Assembly (NCBI RefSeq): GCF_000743755.1
Contig: NW_014569502.1
Span: 1-47,186, forward strand
DNA from: Blastocystis sp. subtype 4
Taxonomy: Eukaryota
DNA: 47,186 nt
Reading direction: 5' to 3'
The notes beneath the pieces are model-generated. The model was not told the DNA's origin. It was given only the letters and a program-made list of their open reading frames with translations, and searched no databases. Of the stretch, positions 1 to 13,803 are shown in pieces. The position numbers and the translations under genes were made by a program. Positions within the stretch are counted from its first letter, which is position 1. The number at the start of each line of letters is the position of its first letter.

Positions 1-48
1 TATGGACGTCGTCTGAAGCGTGCTAGTGAGGCTGAAGAAGAGAACTAA
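1..48 (+). CDS. 3' end of a duplicated gene of unknown function (partial, ...YGRRLKRASEAEEEN*)
   Basis: Open frame to TAA at 46-48, followed by TGTTTGTT at 83-90. An identical copy lies on the minus strand at the other end. Confidence 0.55.
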   Translation, partial: YGRRLKRASEAEEEN

Positions 49-82
49 GTTGCCTTTCAGAATCCAAGGACATCAGTTGGTG

Positions 83-99
83 TGTTTGTTCAACAAACA
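83..99. terminator. Palindromic pair of polyadenylation motifs, TGTTTGTT-C-AACAAACA
   Basis: One motif on each strand, between two convergent gene ends. Confidence 0.75.
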
Positions 100-102
100 A
101 GT

Positions 103-1744
103 CTATGTCGTTTCATTGTCTCGTTTCCTTCGTTTTGCATCTTCAATCGGTTTCGCAAGAATGCTATTCATCTAGTCTAAGAGAAGAACTCAATGGTTAC
201 CGAATCGATAAGATGGTTTTCTACTGATGAAAGACTGTCAGAAGAGAGGCTAAGAACGGAGAGGCACTGTTGTCGTTTCTCTGGATCCATCCTACATCAA
301 AGCAGCTCAGTAAAATATACAATGACAATAGATTCGTCACACTATTCGCAACAGAAGGAATCACATCTCGAAAGATATACAACTAAGTTACAGAGTCACA
401 TCACAACTACTTGTTTGGACTGACGTTTGGAGATAAACTGTGTAGGAAATTGTCGTTGAACGTCATTCATGACCTCAGTAACACACTACACCTTACCCAA
501 GTCAATTTTTTGAACATGCTTAATTCCTTTCTTCAATCGATCGCTTTCTACCAGAGCACTTTTCTTTAGAGAAGAGAATCTCACTCGATCTCTCGTTTGT
601 ACATGAAATACAAACACAAGAAGATCACGTTCACTTACATCTTTCGAGTTCATACCTCGACCATCAATCACAGTAACTCCTTTCCTTATCGAATCATCAT
701 GCCATCGTAACGAGTAGCCATATCTGGCCCAATGACTGTACTGAAGAAATCCTTTTGTGATTCCACATCCACCACTATCTGCTAGCAATGGCTTGCTTTA
801 AATTAATTGGAGCGATGAATTATACTAATTCACATATCGTAGAAGGAGTATCGATGCATGATCATCTTGATGACGCACTTCTGTAGCTATTGGAGAGGAT
901 GTGGGAAGAAGGAGTGTGAAGCAATCGATATCGAAAGATTCTTCATGGAATGTGGATGAGAATTCCCTTGATGATGCAAATCCGATTTCATGGAATGAAA
1001 ACAATCGGTTTGAACACAAATGAGGTGGATGCTAGAGTAAAGAACTAAAATAGTTCGTACATATTCAAGAGACGAATGAGATGTGATTTGAATGTGAAGA
1101 TGAAAAGGAGGGAACAGAGCAATCAACCGATGAAAATACTCTTCCACTTGATGATAGAGAATGGAATCGTCGCCTTTGATACTGTCAATTGTAATTTGCG
1201 TTCCACTCAGAGAGGACTTCAATTGTTCCGGTTTGAGCACTGACTTCCTCTTTAGAACAGTTAAGGGGCTGCAACGATCACCAATCGGGTCTAAACACAA
1301 TCGATAGGAAGTTACACAATCCTCATTACGAGTGGAACTGGAGACTGTAAGTGTTGCATGATAGAAGAGAAGAATAGCTTTTAGACCAACTCCGTATTTC
1401 CCAATAGTCTGGCTCTGAGAATCTCCTTTCGACGTCGAAAACATGCCTCCACAAAGAGAAGGAATGGAGTCTCCTGTCATTCCAATTCCTATTCTTCATA
1501 ATCAATTACAACGAATACCATTATCAACTGTAGAAAAGCAATATGTTCCACCAGATTTCGAAGGAGTCAAACAGATGTTGATCTCCTTTTCTTCCCGATC
1601 AATAGAAGTATTGGAAATCACAGCATCAACGCAATTATCCAGCAATTCCACAAACGAAGTAAATAGAGCTTCATTCTCGTTCTGGAACCCAAATAACTCC
1701 ATATTCTGTTGTACAAACGAGATTGGTTTCGATTCCATCGTCAT
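103..1744 (-). CDS. DNA topoisomerase VI subunit B-like protein (GHKL + transducer), multi-exon
   Basis: FGFQN..LFTSFVELLDNCVDA (N box), DNGIG after removing a 30-nt intron, QTIGKYGVGLKA (G2), and transducer-like LLRYVN..PLL..GCGITK..WARYG (WxxY). TAG at 103-105. Confidence 0.85.
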
Positions 1745-1846
1745 TCAAGTCATGTCCTCATCTCTCCTGTTGGAGGGAAATCAAAGCAATCATAAACATT
1801 ATATCCGTCTCTGGTATGTGATCGTTACTATCCATATTCACTTTCG

Positions 1847-4378
1847 ATGAGAATATCATATGTATGGATTCTTATTCTTTTAGTACCAATCGCTTTATCC
1901 ACTGATCCTCTACTTCCTGTTGCAACTAATCCACTTCACTTTATGAGTCTCACTTCGTTCGGCGATACTCTATTGAATGTATGTGTCTCTCTTTGTTCAT
2001 TCCATCTAGACTGGTTTTATGTGGTTTGAAGGAAGTAATGTGTCTGCTTTGCGGTTTTCAAAGGACCAGAGAAATGGAATTGAGAAGTATGGATGGGAAG
2101 AATACAATCTGGATAATTATGGGAGTTATCGCATCAAAGATGAGACGAATGGTGTCAATCTGGTTTTTACATTCGTTCGACAAGATAACGACATCGTGTT
2201 TCGAGTGGAGGGATCACCGCTAGAGGATTCAAATTCCCCTTCTAACATCACCCTTCTCCATTACTTGCATAATCCCTATAAGAATTCATCATTTTCTGTT
2301 ACATCTCCTCTTAGCAAAGGTTCTGATCTTGTACTATTGTCTATGTCATTTCACTCTAGAATGCTTTCTCGATTGTCTTTAACGCAACAAATCATTCAAT
2401 GAAACCTGTACCATACCGCCTCATCATCCAGGATGCACCAGACAATCAATCACCAACGGAAGTGTATTCACATGGTTTTCCATTTTCTGTTTTATCTCCT
2501 TCTCTTCCCCCAAATCCCTTCTTTTTAGATCATCTGTCTTGTAGTTGCTTCTCTGCAGAGGAAGAATCCATTCCCCATCACGTTCAAGAAGTTCTTGAAT
2601 CAGATCTCAGTGAACAACTATCACTTCGTGATACTCTTTCAGAGAGTTATCGTCGCATGTATCTGAATGATCCCATCTAACAATCAGTCATCACGGTCAG
2701 TCTCTCCCAAGTGTTACTCGTGAACGTGAATCATGGCCGTTTATTCCTTCTTTTCCACCTTCAACCTCTATGCATGGCAATACGTTGATTACAGCTCGTG
2801 TTGTCCAGGTACTTCCATATGAGACAAGATGTGAAGTAGGTTCCATTTCGACTGGAATATCTTCTACTTGAAGATGATCAAGATGATTCCGAACTACTTT
2901 CGTTACCTCAACAAATGAGGATTCATGTACTCAGTGGAATCGAATTAACCCAATCCATTGAGCGACTGAGTGCCATAGTGTATACTGATTAACAACTAGG
3001 TCGATTGTTTCAGAATCAGGTTGATTCACTTCTTGAATTACGATCTCGTGGAATCAACTATCGAACAGGCCGTCAAGCACGATGGCTTCTCTCCAATACA
3101 CTAGCTTCGTTCATCATCACACCTCGTATTATAACTTGGTAAGAATAAGTCATAGTACCTGATCAACATGCTGAAGAATGGTCTGTTCTTAGTGGTTGTG
3201 ATTCTAAACATTGCATTACAAGTCAGAACAGTTGTGGTGATGAAGAGGGGTGGGTCTTGCGTTTACTCTGTGAATGGAATCAATCATTGTGTTCACGTCT
3301 GTTCTCTTCTCTCATCACACGTCTCTTCATACGTGAGTCAACTTATCCTCTTGCTGATACTTGTCCTCATATCTTCTTCATTGTACTGGATACTCTTATG
3401 AGGAGACAACGAAGCCATCTCACCATTCCTTCGGACGATCAGACTCTTCTGCCAATTCATGCTCTTGCTTATGAACTTCTCACACCCATGTTACAACTTG
3501 CTCAGCAATCGATGCAACGAACCGAAGCTTCTACACGCTATCTCTATCATCGTGACAATGACAATAATCCTCACTATTTTGGAGATGCTCCACGTCCATC
3601 ACATAGTCATTCAGATGAATTGGATTTGGATGTTACTGTCTGGAATGTCTTTGAGTCCCGAATGCTCCTCCTGCTCCTTGACTTCCTTGATGTTGACAAA
3701 GAGATGCAAGGACGTCTGATGCGCCGTCTGGCTACAACAGAGCAGAAAATGAAACGGTGGCTGTGGGATGAAGAGAAGCGATGTTTTGGGGACATGGGAG
3801 ATGATGAACTGACTTGTCACATTGGCTATGGAACCATATTACCGTTTGCTCTTAATCTCATTGGAATTGGGAATGTCAAAATTGATGACTATTTATATCA
3901 TTTATTGAATACGAATGAAGTAAGATGAGAATGATGAATATGAAGAATAGCTTCTTGGACCTCATGGTATTCGTTCTCTTTCTCGTTCAGATCCATTATA
4001 CGATCAGTCAGATAGTCGTGAGAGAGGTTCGACTTATCGAGGAGATATATTTGTTCATTTTAACTACCTAATTCTTCGTGAGATTCACAATCATTTGCTT
4101 GACAAACGATACTCATCATCTTTTTTCAGTTATGTGAGAATAGGATTGTTTAGTAATAATGTAGACCATGATACGAACTGTTTATGGAGAGATAAGAGAG
4201 GGATTGATCAAGACAATTCTGGACCAAGTAAGATTGGAGTGATATGGTTATCTACAGATGACAGAAACTGGAACTGTATGGGAATCATATCATGGAGAAA
4301 CAGGAATTGGACGAGGTAAAAGAGATACATTTTGGTCAGCATCATTGATTCTATTGATTATGAAAGAGAGTTATGATT
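1847..4378 (+). CDS. MOGS: Mannosyl-oligosaccharide glucosidase I (GH63)-like, multi-exon
   Basis: Hydrophobic N-terminus; KYGWEEY, GDAPR, HIGYGTILPF, GIRSLSRSDPLY, YRGDIFVHFNYL, TGTVWESY..ETG. C-terminus LIMKESYD with a stop probably completed by poly(A). Confidence 0.8.
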
Positions 4379-4407
4379 CATTTGTTTACTTTCAAACAAA
4401 ATATTAC

Positions 4408-7400
4408 TTAGTCTTCTATATCAATTAACTTCTTCAATTCTTCATATTCTTTATTTGCTTCATCAAACTCTTTACATTGTTTTCCTTGTAATAAGTACAA
4501 CTTATAATAGGTGATTGCCTATTCATCTCAATTAGCATTCACATCATACTTTGTAATAATCCTTTCTATAGTTTTCAGCACGTGCTTTCAATAAATAACA
4601 TTCAATTAATGTTGAATCATAATTTAGAGCCTCATTACTGTCAACAGCAGCATTCTGATAATCACCTACAGACAATCTCTTTCTTGCTCGTTCTGATAGA
4701 ATATATGCTCGAAGTCGGCTAATATTCAACACTTCATTATAGAAGAAGCCAGTATTCACAAACAATAGTGTTTTGGTGTACATGTCTGTATTTGTCTTGT
4801 CTTTCTCTGGATCTCTTGGATTCAATTTTAATTGTTTCTAGACACTTATTATGACATTCCAGAAATACCGTGGTTCCACTTACACAAGCCATTGCAGCAC
4901 GGACTATTACAAACAATGGATAAATCCGATAAGAATTATTCAGAATGTGTTGGCCACCAATATAGTCACAAACATCACTCCATTTCTGGGGCAATCCATC
5001 TTCGGTGAGATTTACTGCATTATCTTCTCCATAGTGATAGGATTCAAGAAACGAGAGTGGTTTCGCAGGATATAGAATATCATTGATGTGACGATAGTCT
5101 GAGAGCAGGTGTTTGGCAACGTCCATGTAATTCCGAAGTAGCAAATAACGGATATAATAAAGAAACTACAGATCATGAGAGATATGAATGAACACGATTT
5201 CAGAATCATCGGTAATCACTCTCGCATGCTCATCCAGAAGGCAGTGAGTTGGTTCTAACATTACTTTGTATTCTTCAATGTATCTCTTTACGTTAGGATG
5301 CAAACTCTCTTCAATCACTATTACTGATTCTCAACTCTCATCATTACGATTCTGAACAATTCGTGCAGTATTTCTGAGAAGCTTCTTTAACAATCGCTCC
5401 ATTGATGACCAATCGCTTGTAGAATAGTAACAATAAAGCAGTTGAACATAAGCTTCTCGACAATGTGGACACATTGCAATAAATGAATTGAGAATTGGAA
5501 TTGCGTTTTCAGGAGACTCTGATTCCAGAATAATAGAAACTGATTTATAGTCTTTCTCAACCTTTGGAATCTAATTATGAATGAAACTACCAAAAATACG
5601 ATAAAACATGGTTCTATCATGATCTGTTCATTGGATTGATAATGGGTGCACAAATACTGATAATAATTGTAGTACTGATGTGCTCTACAACATTAACAAC
5701 ATACCCATAACACAACAATTCTACATTCCCAATATCCAAATAGACACGAGAAAGCATTGTATAGGCCTTTAGTCGTAATGGATCATTGTAAATGATTTGT
5801 CGAAGCTCTCCTATAGCCATGTGATAATTGTTACTGTTAACATCACAATATGCTACCATTTCTGCCAATTCTGGTGAATAACTATACAGATTCATTACTT
5901 TCCGCAACATTCTTCCAGCAACCTCATACTGATGAGCATGCATCAAATCTGTTGCTTCTTTCACAACGATTTCATCCTCCTTTTTCATGTCCAAATTCGT
6001 CTAGATATTACTATCCATCTCGAGACGCACAGAATCACGTTCCAATGACATCTCCAGAATGATGTCACAATTCTCAACATCTTCATATCAAAAGACTATT
6101 AAAACCAAATACGATTCAACTGAATTCGTTTCACACGCTCACCGAAATCCTTCATGCTACTCATTTCTCTTCCTCTTGAGCGAGAACTCTGTCTACTAAC
6201 TCCAAATACTAATTGCTTACAACTGAGCAAATCAGATAAGCTGCAATAAGAAGGAAGTCAGGTTCCGATTGAATGCCATGAGGTAAGATTGATAGAACAT
6301 ACACTGCACGATCCATATCCTCTGTTAATAAAAGGAACTGAATGTAATAGAATAATAGTTCTGAGTCTGGGAATCGATCCGTATACACAGTTTTTAGATC
6401 CATTGTAGCAAGATGACCATGCATTGCAAAGACCTTCTCAGGATCATCAACACTTGTATCAACTGAAGATCGAAGATTGAAAAACACTTGTTCTATTAAA
6501 GCAATTCCATTCTGATAATGACCAGATACGAGGTAACAGGAACAAAGACGTAAGAGAAGAGGACGTGATAATAACAGGGGAGAAACAGTTTCAGTACATA
6601 ACGAAGGGAAGGCATATTCTCCTACTGTTTGACCATTCTGCATCACTTGAATAACACATTGTTGAGGAGATACATAGTGATAACTCTCCTTTCTTTGTAA
6701 ATGTCCTATTGTGAAGTATGATCATGATGACTACGAGGAACCACTGTATGTAAAACATAATGATAAGGAGCCTTTGCAAATACTTCTGATAATGCTTTCT
6801 CTATATAATCGAATCGTTGTTTATCTTGAAGATCATTTACTAAATCGAGAGTTTTTTTGACATATAACACAAGGTCAGAAATAGTCCCGATTATGAATGG
6901 TGGTAAATAAGTAGGTGGAATATCACTTGGATACTTCTGTAAGATGGTTTGATAAACCCGATCACTCTTTCGAGCAAACTTTAATGACCTATAAATGAAA
7001 TAGAATGAACAGGATAACTGAGAATAATCTCCACACATTAGAAGACATAGAGACCAATAATAATAGTATTGTTGCATTGATAGAAGAGAGACACTTGTAC
7101 ATACTGTATCAGGTTTCTCTTTACCTAATCCTTTGTCAGTTAATCGATCTATAGTCTGGAGTGTACTTAACAAGGTTGGATCATGACAGTCATATGCATA
7201 AAAACGTCGAATTTCTTCTTCAGAGAGAGTAGTAGCCGAATAATTAGCTATGGGTTATTCTTCATTCTCTTCAGTACGTTCTTCATGTTCTTGTTTCTTT
7301 ATTGCTTCAATCTGTTTCTCTCGTTCTGTCAAAGGAGCCTTCATTTCTTCTTCTTCTTCTGTTACTATAGCAAGAGGATTATCTTCAGGATCAAGATTCA

Positions 7401-10400
7401 TCATGATGGCAAATCGATTCATATTGCTTATAAATGAGATCAGATCAAATCGTCTAAAAGCAAGAGAAGCTTGTTCGACTATTTCTAATTCAATTCTCAA
7501 AGACTTCTACAAAAGAAGAATGGATAAAACGGATATGAATGAATATGAGTGGCAATAATTCGAGAGAATTCTAATTCACTATGATTCATAAAAGTAATAT
7601 AACCAATACACACAATGAACATACTGAAAGACCATTGGTCGACGATAATAGGTTAATAACTGAGAACGGAAATTCAAATACTCTTTCTTTGCTAAATTCC
7701 TTGAATTGAATAAGAAAGAAGGGATTACAAATTTGATGAACAAGCGCCCATTTCTGTCTTGATCCTATTATCTTCGTGGAAGTTATTCAGATAACTGTTG
7801 AAGTCTATAAGTGCCTGAACCTTCATATACCTCACACTAATCTACAGGAATAAGAAGATTCATTCGTTGATAGGTTCTAGCACGACGTAAGTACAGAATT
7901 GCTGTAACATTATTCCTCTGAAGTCCTTTTGAACACAAGTCTACGTCATTATATCAGTCCATTCTCTACATATGGTTTTCTTGTAGTTATTGGCATAATA
8001 ATTCATATCTGCACAGAAATACAACAATAGAGACTTGAGATGTGACAAATGGAGCTCTGGATAGATTGATTCTGTGATTTGAATCAACTGAAGTGCTTGT
8101 GAGAAAGCATGAATGGCTTCATGTTGACGTTTTCGAATATAATACTTCTCTCCTTCTTCTTTCAATCCCTTCATATTATTCTTTGTATTCAATCGTACAA
8201 TAATGGCTTGGATGTAATTATCAAATGAATGAAACTGAGGTGGTATTTGTGGGCACAAGGCAATAGCTCGTGATAGATTGATATACGAGCTTGTCTCATT
8301 ATTCTGAATTAGAAAGCGTAAGAAGAGCATTGTCTGAAGATGATAATTTCGAATGAATACTTACAAAGTCATTGTCAGGATGATTCAGTGAACAATAAAA
8401 ACAAGTCTCAGAAGAATCAAATAATTGGTAGGTCACTAATAAAAGGGTATTATGATTGAATGTTTTCTCTTGCAAACTCAGATCCATTGAGTTTGATAAA
8501 GCAAAGTTAAGATTCATTGTTGCTAGCAATGAGATTCTCTCTTCATGTGTACTATCAACTAAGAATTGAGCAGCATTTTTTAGAAGGATTCGAATTAACT
8601 TCATTCCTTCTGTCAACAAACGTTTATCGGTTGATTGAAGATCACATTCTAATATTGCTAATACCACATTTCGATTGTTTGAACATGTTTCAAAGACTGA
8701 TGATAACAACTTCGAGGCTTTCACATAGTATTCAGCATCCATATACAACAGAGCTTCATCATACAGCTGTTGAATATGGTTACACTAATTAAGACAAGTT
8801 TCATAATTATTACTTCATTCAGTTTAACCTGAGCGGATTGCTGTTGAAACTGAATAAGATATTCCCATACAGATTTTGCTCTAATCTTCACAAAATCGAT
8901 GTAGCATACAATGTCAGCTTCCCCATTTTCATATACACATTCCCCAGCAAATACAACTCCTCAATGGAATCAACTCCTGAACTCAATTCAGCGTATGCTT
9001 CAGCCACACAACCAATTTCAAGATATGAACGAATAGCCAGATCTTTGGCTGTTGTGTTGTTAGGATTGAGAGACCGAACAAATCGACATGTTTCAATACA
9101 CTTGGAGTGTTTTCCTTCTTGAAATGCATTTCGTGCTTGAAACAGATAAATGTTCTCATAGAACTGACGAGCATACTCATCATTTGTGTTTGTCTGAATG
9201 ATTGATTCCGAATTAGAGGTTCCTTCTGTTGACGATTCTGGATGTGATTCTTGAGTTGAATTTGTTTCTGTCATATCATATTGAACAGAGTTCTGAATTG
9301 CTTCTAATAAGGAGCGTGTACTTTCATCCAGATCCTTAATCATTCTCAATACCTCTTCATCGTCATCACCTTTTGCCTTGTTGTCAGCTTCTAAAGTGGT
9401 TTGTGAATCGGTTGCTCGAGAAGGGACAGAAATAAGTTCAGAGGATACAGACTCAGTAGAAGAAGTGTTCATAAGAGTAGAGACTGTAGAAGAAGGAACA
9501 CTTGGGATCTCATAAGGTGGAGGAATAAGAGCTGGAATACTATCAGGATTATCATCATGCTTCTCATCTGAGATCTGGATTTCATTATTATATTCCATTC
9601 TCACTTTGATAGAGGCCATCAATGCTTCTAGTGTATCCTTCAATAAACTAGCACCACGTAATTTCTCGGCTGTCTCATCTTCAATACTCTTCATATATGG
9701 GATAAGAATTGATTGTGGATCCGGATCATTGTCTTCATCTGTATCACCCAATTGGAATTCAAATTCAACGAGATTATTTGCTTCCATCTACATGAAACAT
9801 ACAAATAAGTACTACTGATTCTGTCGAGGGTTTGACTAATGTGGCCGAAGCCGAGTAACCATGATCTGTATAGATGATGGAACCCGATCCAACTCCAGCC
9901 ACTGGATTATCCTTCAAGAAGGACTACTGTTAAAGCACGAACAAGGACATACAAAAGAATTGTTTTCATCCTCCTCTTTTGCAGAAAATACTAAAACTGT
10001 CAGCGTTCTGAATCGATGGAGATAGGACAATTCAGTCTTACAATCGAAATAGAATTGAGGACTAACAATCACAAAAACCATTTAAACTCACCTCTTTTCT
10101 ATTTGTTCGGATTTTGCTTTCAAGATTAGGCGTCTGTTTTTACCATTACCAACAAAAAGGAGCCAAAACCACTTGTTTCCTGGAATTAATTCATCAATCA
10201 GATCGGTTGAACTCGTGACGTCAATCTAAAGGAGATTGGAACAATAATTGACCAACTTTCAACAGTTCTGTCTGTGGAAGTTCCTGAATACTCCGAAGAG
10301 TCATACTCTTTTCGATTACGTCTGTGTGAACAAACGAAGCTAGAAATGAACAACAACTCCAATAATCACCCAAAGAAGGCAGTTTCGTTTGAGAATCTGC

Positions 10401-10412
10401 TTTCTGACTCAT
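4408..10412 (-). CDS. Very large TPR-repeat protein, many exons
   Basis: Many helical TPR-like segments (ARNAFQEGKHSKCIETC..NPNN; GDYQNAAVDSNEALNYD; HEAIHAFSQAL) separated by ~30-nt introns. TAA at 4408-4410. Could be more than one gene; start uncertain. Confidence 0.65.
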
Positions 10413-10475
10413 TTAAATATCGTTTGAACAAGATTCACAAATAAAACTAGATGATTGTGGATGAACAAACATAAG

Positions 10476-12390
10476 TAGTCTAGTTCTATAGCAAAATACC
10501 TATTATGACTACAGTCCAGGAGTGTATGAACGGGTCGAGCACTTTTGAATAGTCCTGATTCCACAAGAGTGTTACTCTCCGTCACTTTGTAGATGCAGAC
10601 TGTACCATCTAGAGAAGAAGTTACAACACAATCATCATGGAATGCCTCCAGACCTGTGATTGCCTATACAAGTCATTCAGACCAACAAATCAAACAGAAT
10701 TAAACTGCTTTGTAAATGAGAGGATCTTTCCAATTTGAACTTGATATACACCGATATAGCCATCTTCTGTCCCATACACTAATAGTGTATCCTTTCTCAC
10801 AGTTATCAATCGAGTTACACGTGCTCGTGTAATTAGAAGGCGTTCACAAGCTCTATAAGTAATATTTAAGAATATTTCAAACCCTGTTCCAGTATTGATC
10901 AATCGAATGAATCCTTCTTCGTCACATGTTATAGTGTACTGGTCATTCGAAGTGAATATACACGCTATGATATCGCATTTATGATAATAACCGATATGCG
11001 AAGGAACCATTTGAGAAGTATCACCTAAATACACGTGTGTGTCTAGTCCTCCACATACAAATTGTGAATTAGAGTGACTAAACCGAATACACCATAAAGG
11101 AACTTGAGTAAATGAATAGACAGACTAGAAATCATCACCATATAGTGTTTCATATCAGACAGGAATACTGTTTCAGAGACCATAATCGAACATCTCCATC
11201 AATGCTGCAGGAAAGAAGATACTCCGTATTCTTTGAGATATCCATAGCTGTGACTGCTAGTCGATGTCCATAGAGGGTATACTACAGAAGAAGCAAAAAA
11301 CAGAAATACATGTTGAAACGATGACTGAGTGGAATTCGTAAATTGAACAACATGGATCTTGGTATCTTCAGTTGCCACAACGATCTGGATATCAATGCAA
11401 GGATACAATGGAACTGTTGAACCTCCACGTCCTACAGCACAACACGAAATGTGCTTCTCTTTGGCTGAGGGTGGATATTGGGATGAGTCACATTGAAGGA
11501 ACTGGTCTAATCGGAGAAGGGCAATAGAAGGATTGTCATGAAGATGATCCACTCCTTCCTAGTTCTTAGAGTATAGAATGATTCTTACTATCGGTAACCA
11601 ACTGGAAGGAGAGAAAAACCAAATTGGATCTGGGAGTATCGAATCTGGAGCTTTTTCTTCTACGATAACAGTTCAAGTTTATACAAACTAGGTTCTTCTG
11701 GTAACAGAACAACAGTTAGAAGCTACAGATCATACTATTAATGAGAGAGTACTCTACACAAATAATCCTGCATTCCTTGCATTTCTTTTTCTCTAACTTG
11801 TTTATGGAGAAACGTAAAGGCTTCTTTGGATAACCAGATAGTCGGGCTCTTAGCGGTCTCGGGATACTCTGCTGGACATAAATGAGGTGACTACATGTGA
11901 TTAACACTGATCACACGCACTCTAAAGGCAAATACTTCAAGTAGCTCTAGATCACGTATATTTTCCTTAGAAGCAAAGATTTTATAATGGGTTTTAAAGA
12001 ACTGCCGTCTAACTTCTAGATCGGCATGAGTGGCATTCATAAAGATACACCGAAATAATTGATACATCACTTTCAATAGTTCATTCTATTCATTACCACT
12101 CGAAATCAATCAAACTTGAACATCTTCTCTTGTCTCCTTGACTGAATTCAACAAAGTCTCGTATTCTTCTAAGTCCCTCAGATGGTTATCTATATAAAAG
12201 TAGAATCCCCTTTCAGAGAGAATTTGCCGCCTTAGAGACTCTTTCTGATTCTCCGAATATGAAATCTGAACTGAAATAGACCAAGAGCAAATACCTGTAT
12301 CCTTTTTTTAGATATTGGATACCCTTGTGTGAGATCAGAAGAACTACCAGTGAATAATATAGAGTAGTATTACAATGATGGATTAACATT
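10476..12390 (-). CDS. WD40-repeat protein, multi-exon
   Basis: HKCDIIACIF..QYTITCDEEGFIRLI, LLVYGTEDGYIGVY, VVTSSLDGTVCIY. Ends ..IELD-TA four nt before TGTTTGTT. Start uncertain. Confidence 0.65.
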
Positions 12391-12484
12391 ATTACTTGAG
12401 TCCATTGACACAAAGGGTAACAAATAATGAATCATATACTCTTAATAACAAACAAGACAACGTTGATGCAGCAACATAACCAAA

Positions 12485-13744
12485 TTACTGTGGAAGATTC
12501 ACTGTGACTTCTTGAGTCTCGGTGTTCGATAATAGAGCTTCTTTCTCTCTCTTCTCCTTTTTGAGTACGATTAGATGATATATAATAAGAAGAATAAGTG
12601 CAGTAGCGATCATTGGAACTGTCGACCAATACGCCACTTTGGGTCCAAACTTATCATTTAGCACACCAAGAACGTATTGAATTGGAATTCCCAAGGATGC
12701 TTGCATAGGAAGAATACAACTAATCGGAACAGCCGCATCTTCTTTCCAATATCGCATACATGTCACAATGAAGGTGGGCCAGAAGAAAGCAACCATAGCG
12801 CCAGCAAACGGGAGAACATATACCCCAGCCTTACCAATCGAAAGCCCCACCACAAAAATGATTATGGCACACGACATGACAATATACTCCATTGAAAATG
12901 CACCTAACCAATCCACCAGGAATCCTCCAAAGAGACGAGCTAGAGTGAATGCAACGTAGAAACAAGAATTGAACCATGCTCCTTCTTTCGTCGGGTCCAA
13001 ATGTAACACATCACGAAGATACATGCCTCCCCAAGCTGAGGTTGCACGCTCTCCTGTGGTCATGAGGGCTAAAATCATTGCCTGGAGCCATACCATTGGA
13101 GAGATGAGCGCTGTACCCACTGTCAAACCCTCATGATTCTTCTCTTGTTCTTCTGTCTTTGGTTTATTAATGGCAAATCGAATGAAGAGAATAGGTAGTG
13201 CCAACAGAAGAAGAGGAACGGTCATTCCCAGGCTGATTCCACGGAAACTGTACTGTGGCAACCACCTGTTTATACCTCCAGCAAAGAGAGGTCCAATAAT
13301 GGCTCCTAAACCATAACAACTGTGAAGGAGAAGCATAAGAATGCCTGTATTGTTGGTGAATAGGATCGAAGACATTGAATGAGGAGCATCATCCAATCCT
13401 CCCATACCTGCACATGCCAAAAACTGATACAAAAACAATGTCCAGTAATTGGTAGCTGTGGAGGTGAGGAGACAACCAACAGTAGATATTAAAAATGCAG
13501 ATAGGATAACAGCCTTAAATCCAAAACGTTGAAGTGTCATGGCGACAGAAAGAGACCATAAAAGATAGGAAAATTGAGCCATGGACTGTAGGGATCCAAA
13601 CTGGCTGTAGGACAAATTTAGAGACTCTTTCATCATTGGATATGTCACCGATCGCACATTATCGATAAATCCTTGTCCAACCATGCATGCATATGCACAG
13701 AAGACGAGCGACCAATATTGAGCTTTGGTAATGCCTTTTTCCAT
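12485..13744 (-). CDS. MFS transporter (FucP/sugar:H+ symporter-like), intronless
   Basis: 419-aa uninterrupted ORF with ~12 hydrophobic segments; QRFGFK and ARLFGGFLVDWLG motif-A-like loops; LHSCYGLGAIIGP. Confidence 0.88.
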   Translation of the reverse strand: MEKGITKAQYWSLVFCAYACMVGQGFIDNVRSVTYPMMKESLNLSYSQFGSLQSMAQFSYLLWSLSVAMTLQRFGFKAVILSAFLISTVGCLLTSTATNYWTLFLYQFLACAGMGGLDDAPHSMSSILFTNNTGILMLLLHSCYGLGAIIGPLFAGGINRWLPQYSFRGISLGMTVPLLLLALPILFIRFAINKPKTEEQEKNHEGLTVGTALISPMVWLQAMILALMTTGERATSAWGGMYLRDVLHLDPTKEGAWFNSCFYVAFTLARLFGGFLVDWLGAFSMEYIVMSCAIIIFVVGLSIGKAGVYVLPFAGAMVAFFWPTFIVTCMRYWKEDAAVPISCILPMQASLGIPIQYVLGVLNDKFGPKVAYWSTVPMIATALILLIIYHLIVLKKEKREKEALLSNTETQEVTVNLPQ

Positions 13745-13803
13745 TATTTATGAACATATCGAAATGTGTTCCTTTCACCGCGGGACTTCGCAACAAACAG
13801 TCA

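Larger units (their letters stand above)
1..99. repeat. Left arm of a perfect 99-bp inverted repeat
   Basis: 1-99 is the exact reverse complement of 47088-47186; identity breaks at 100/47087. Confidence 0.97.
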
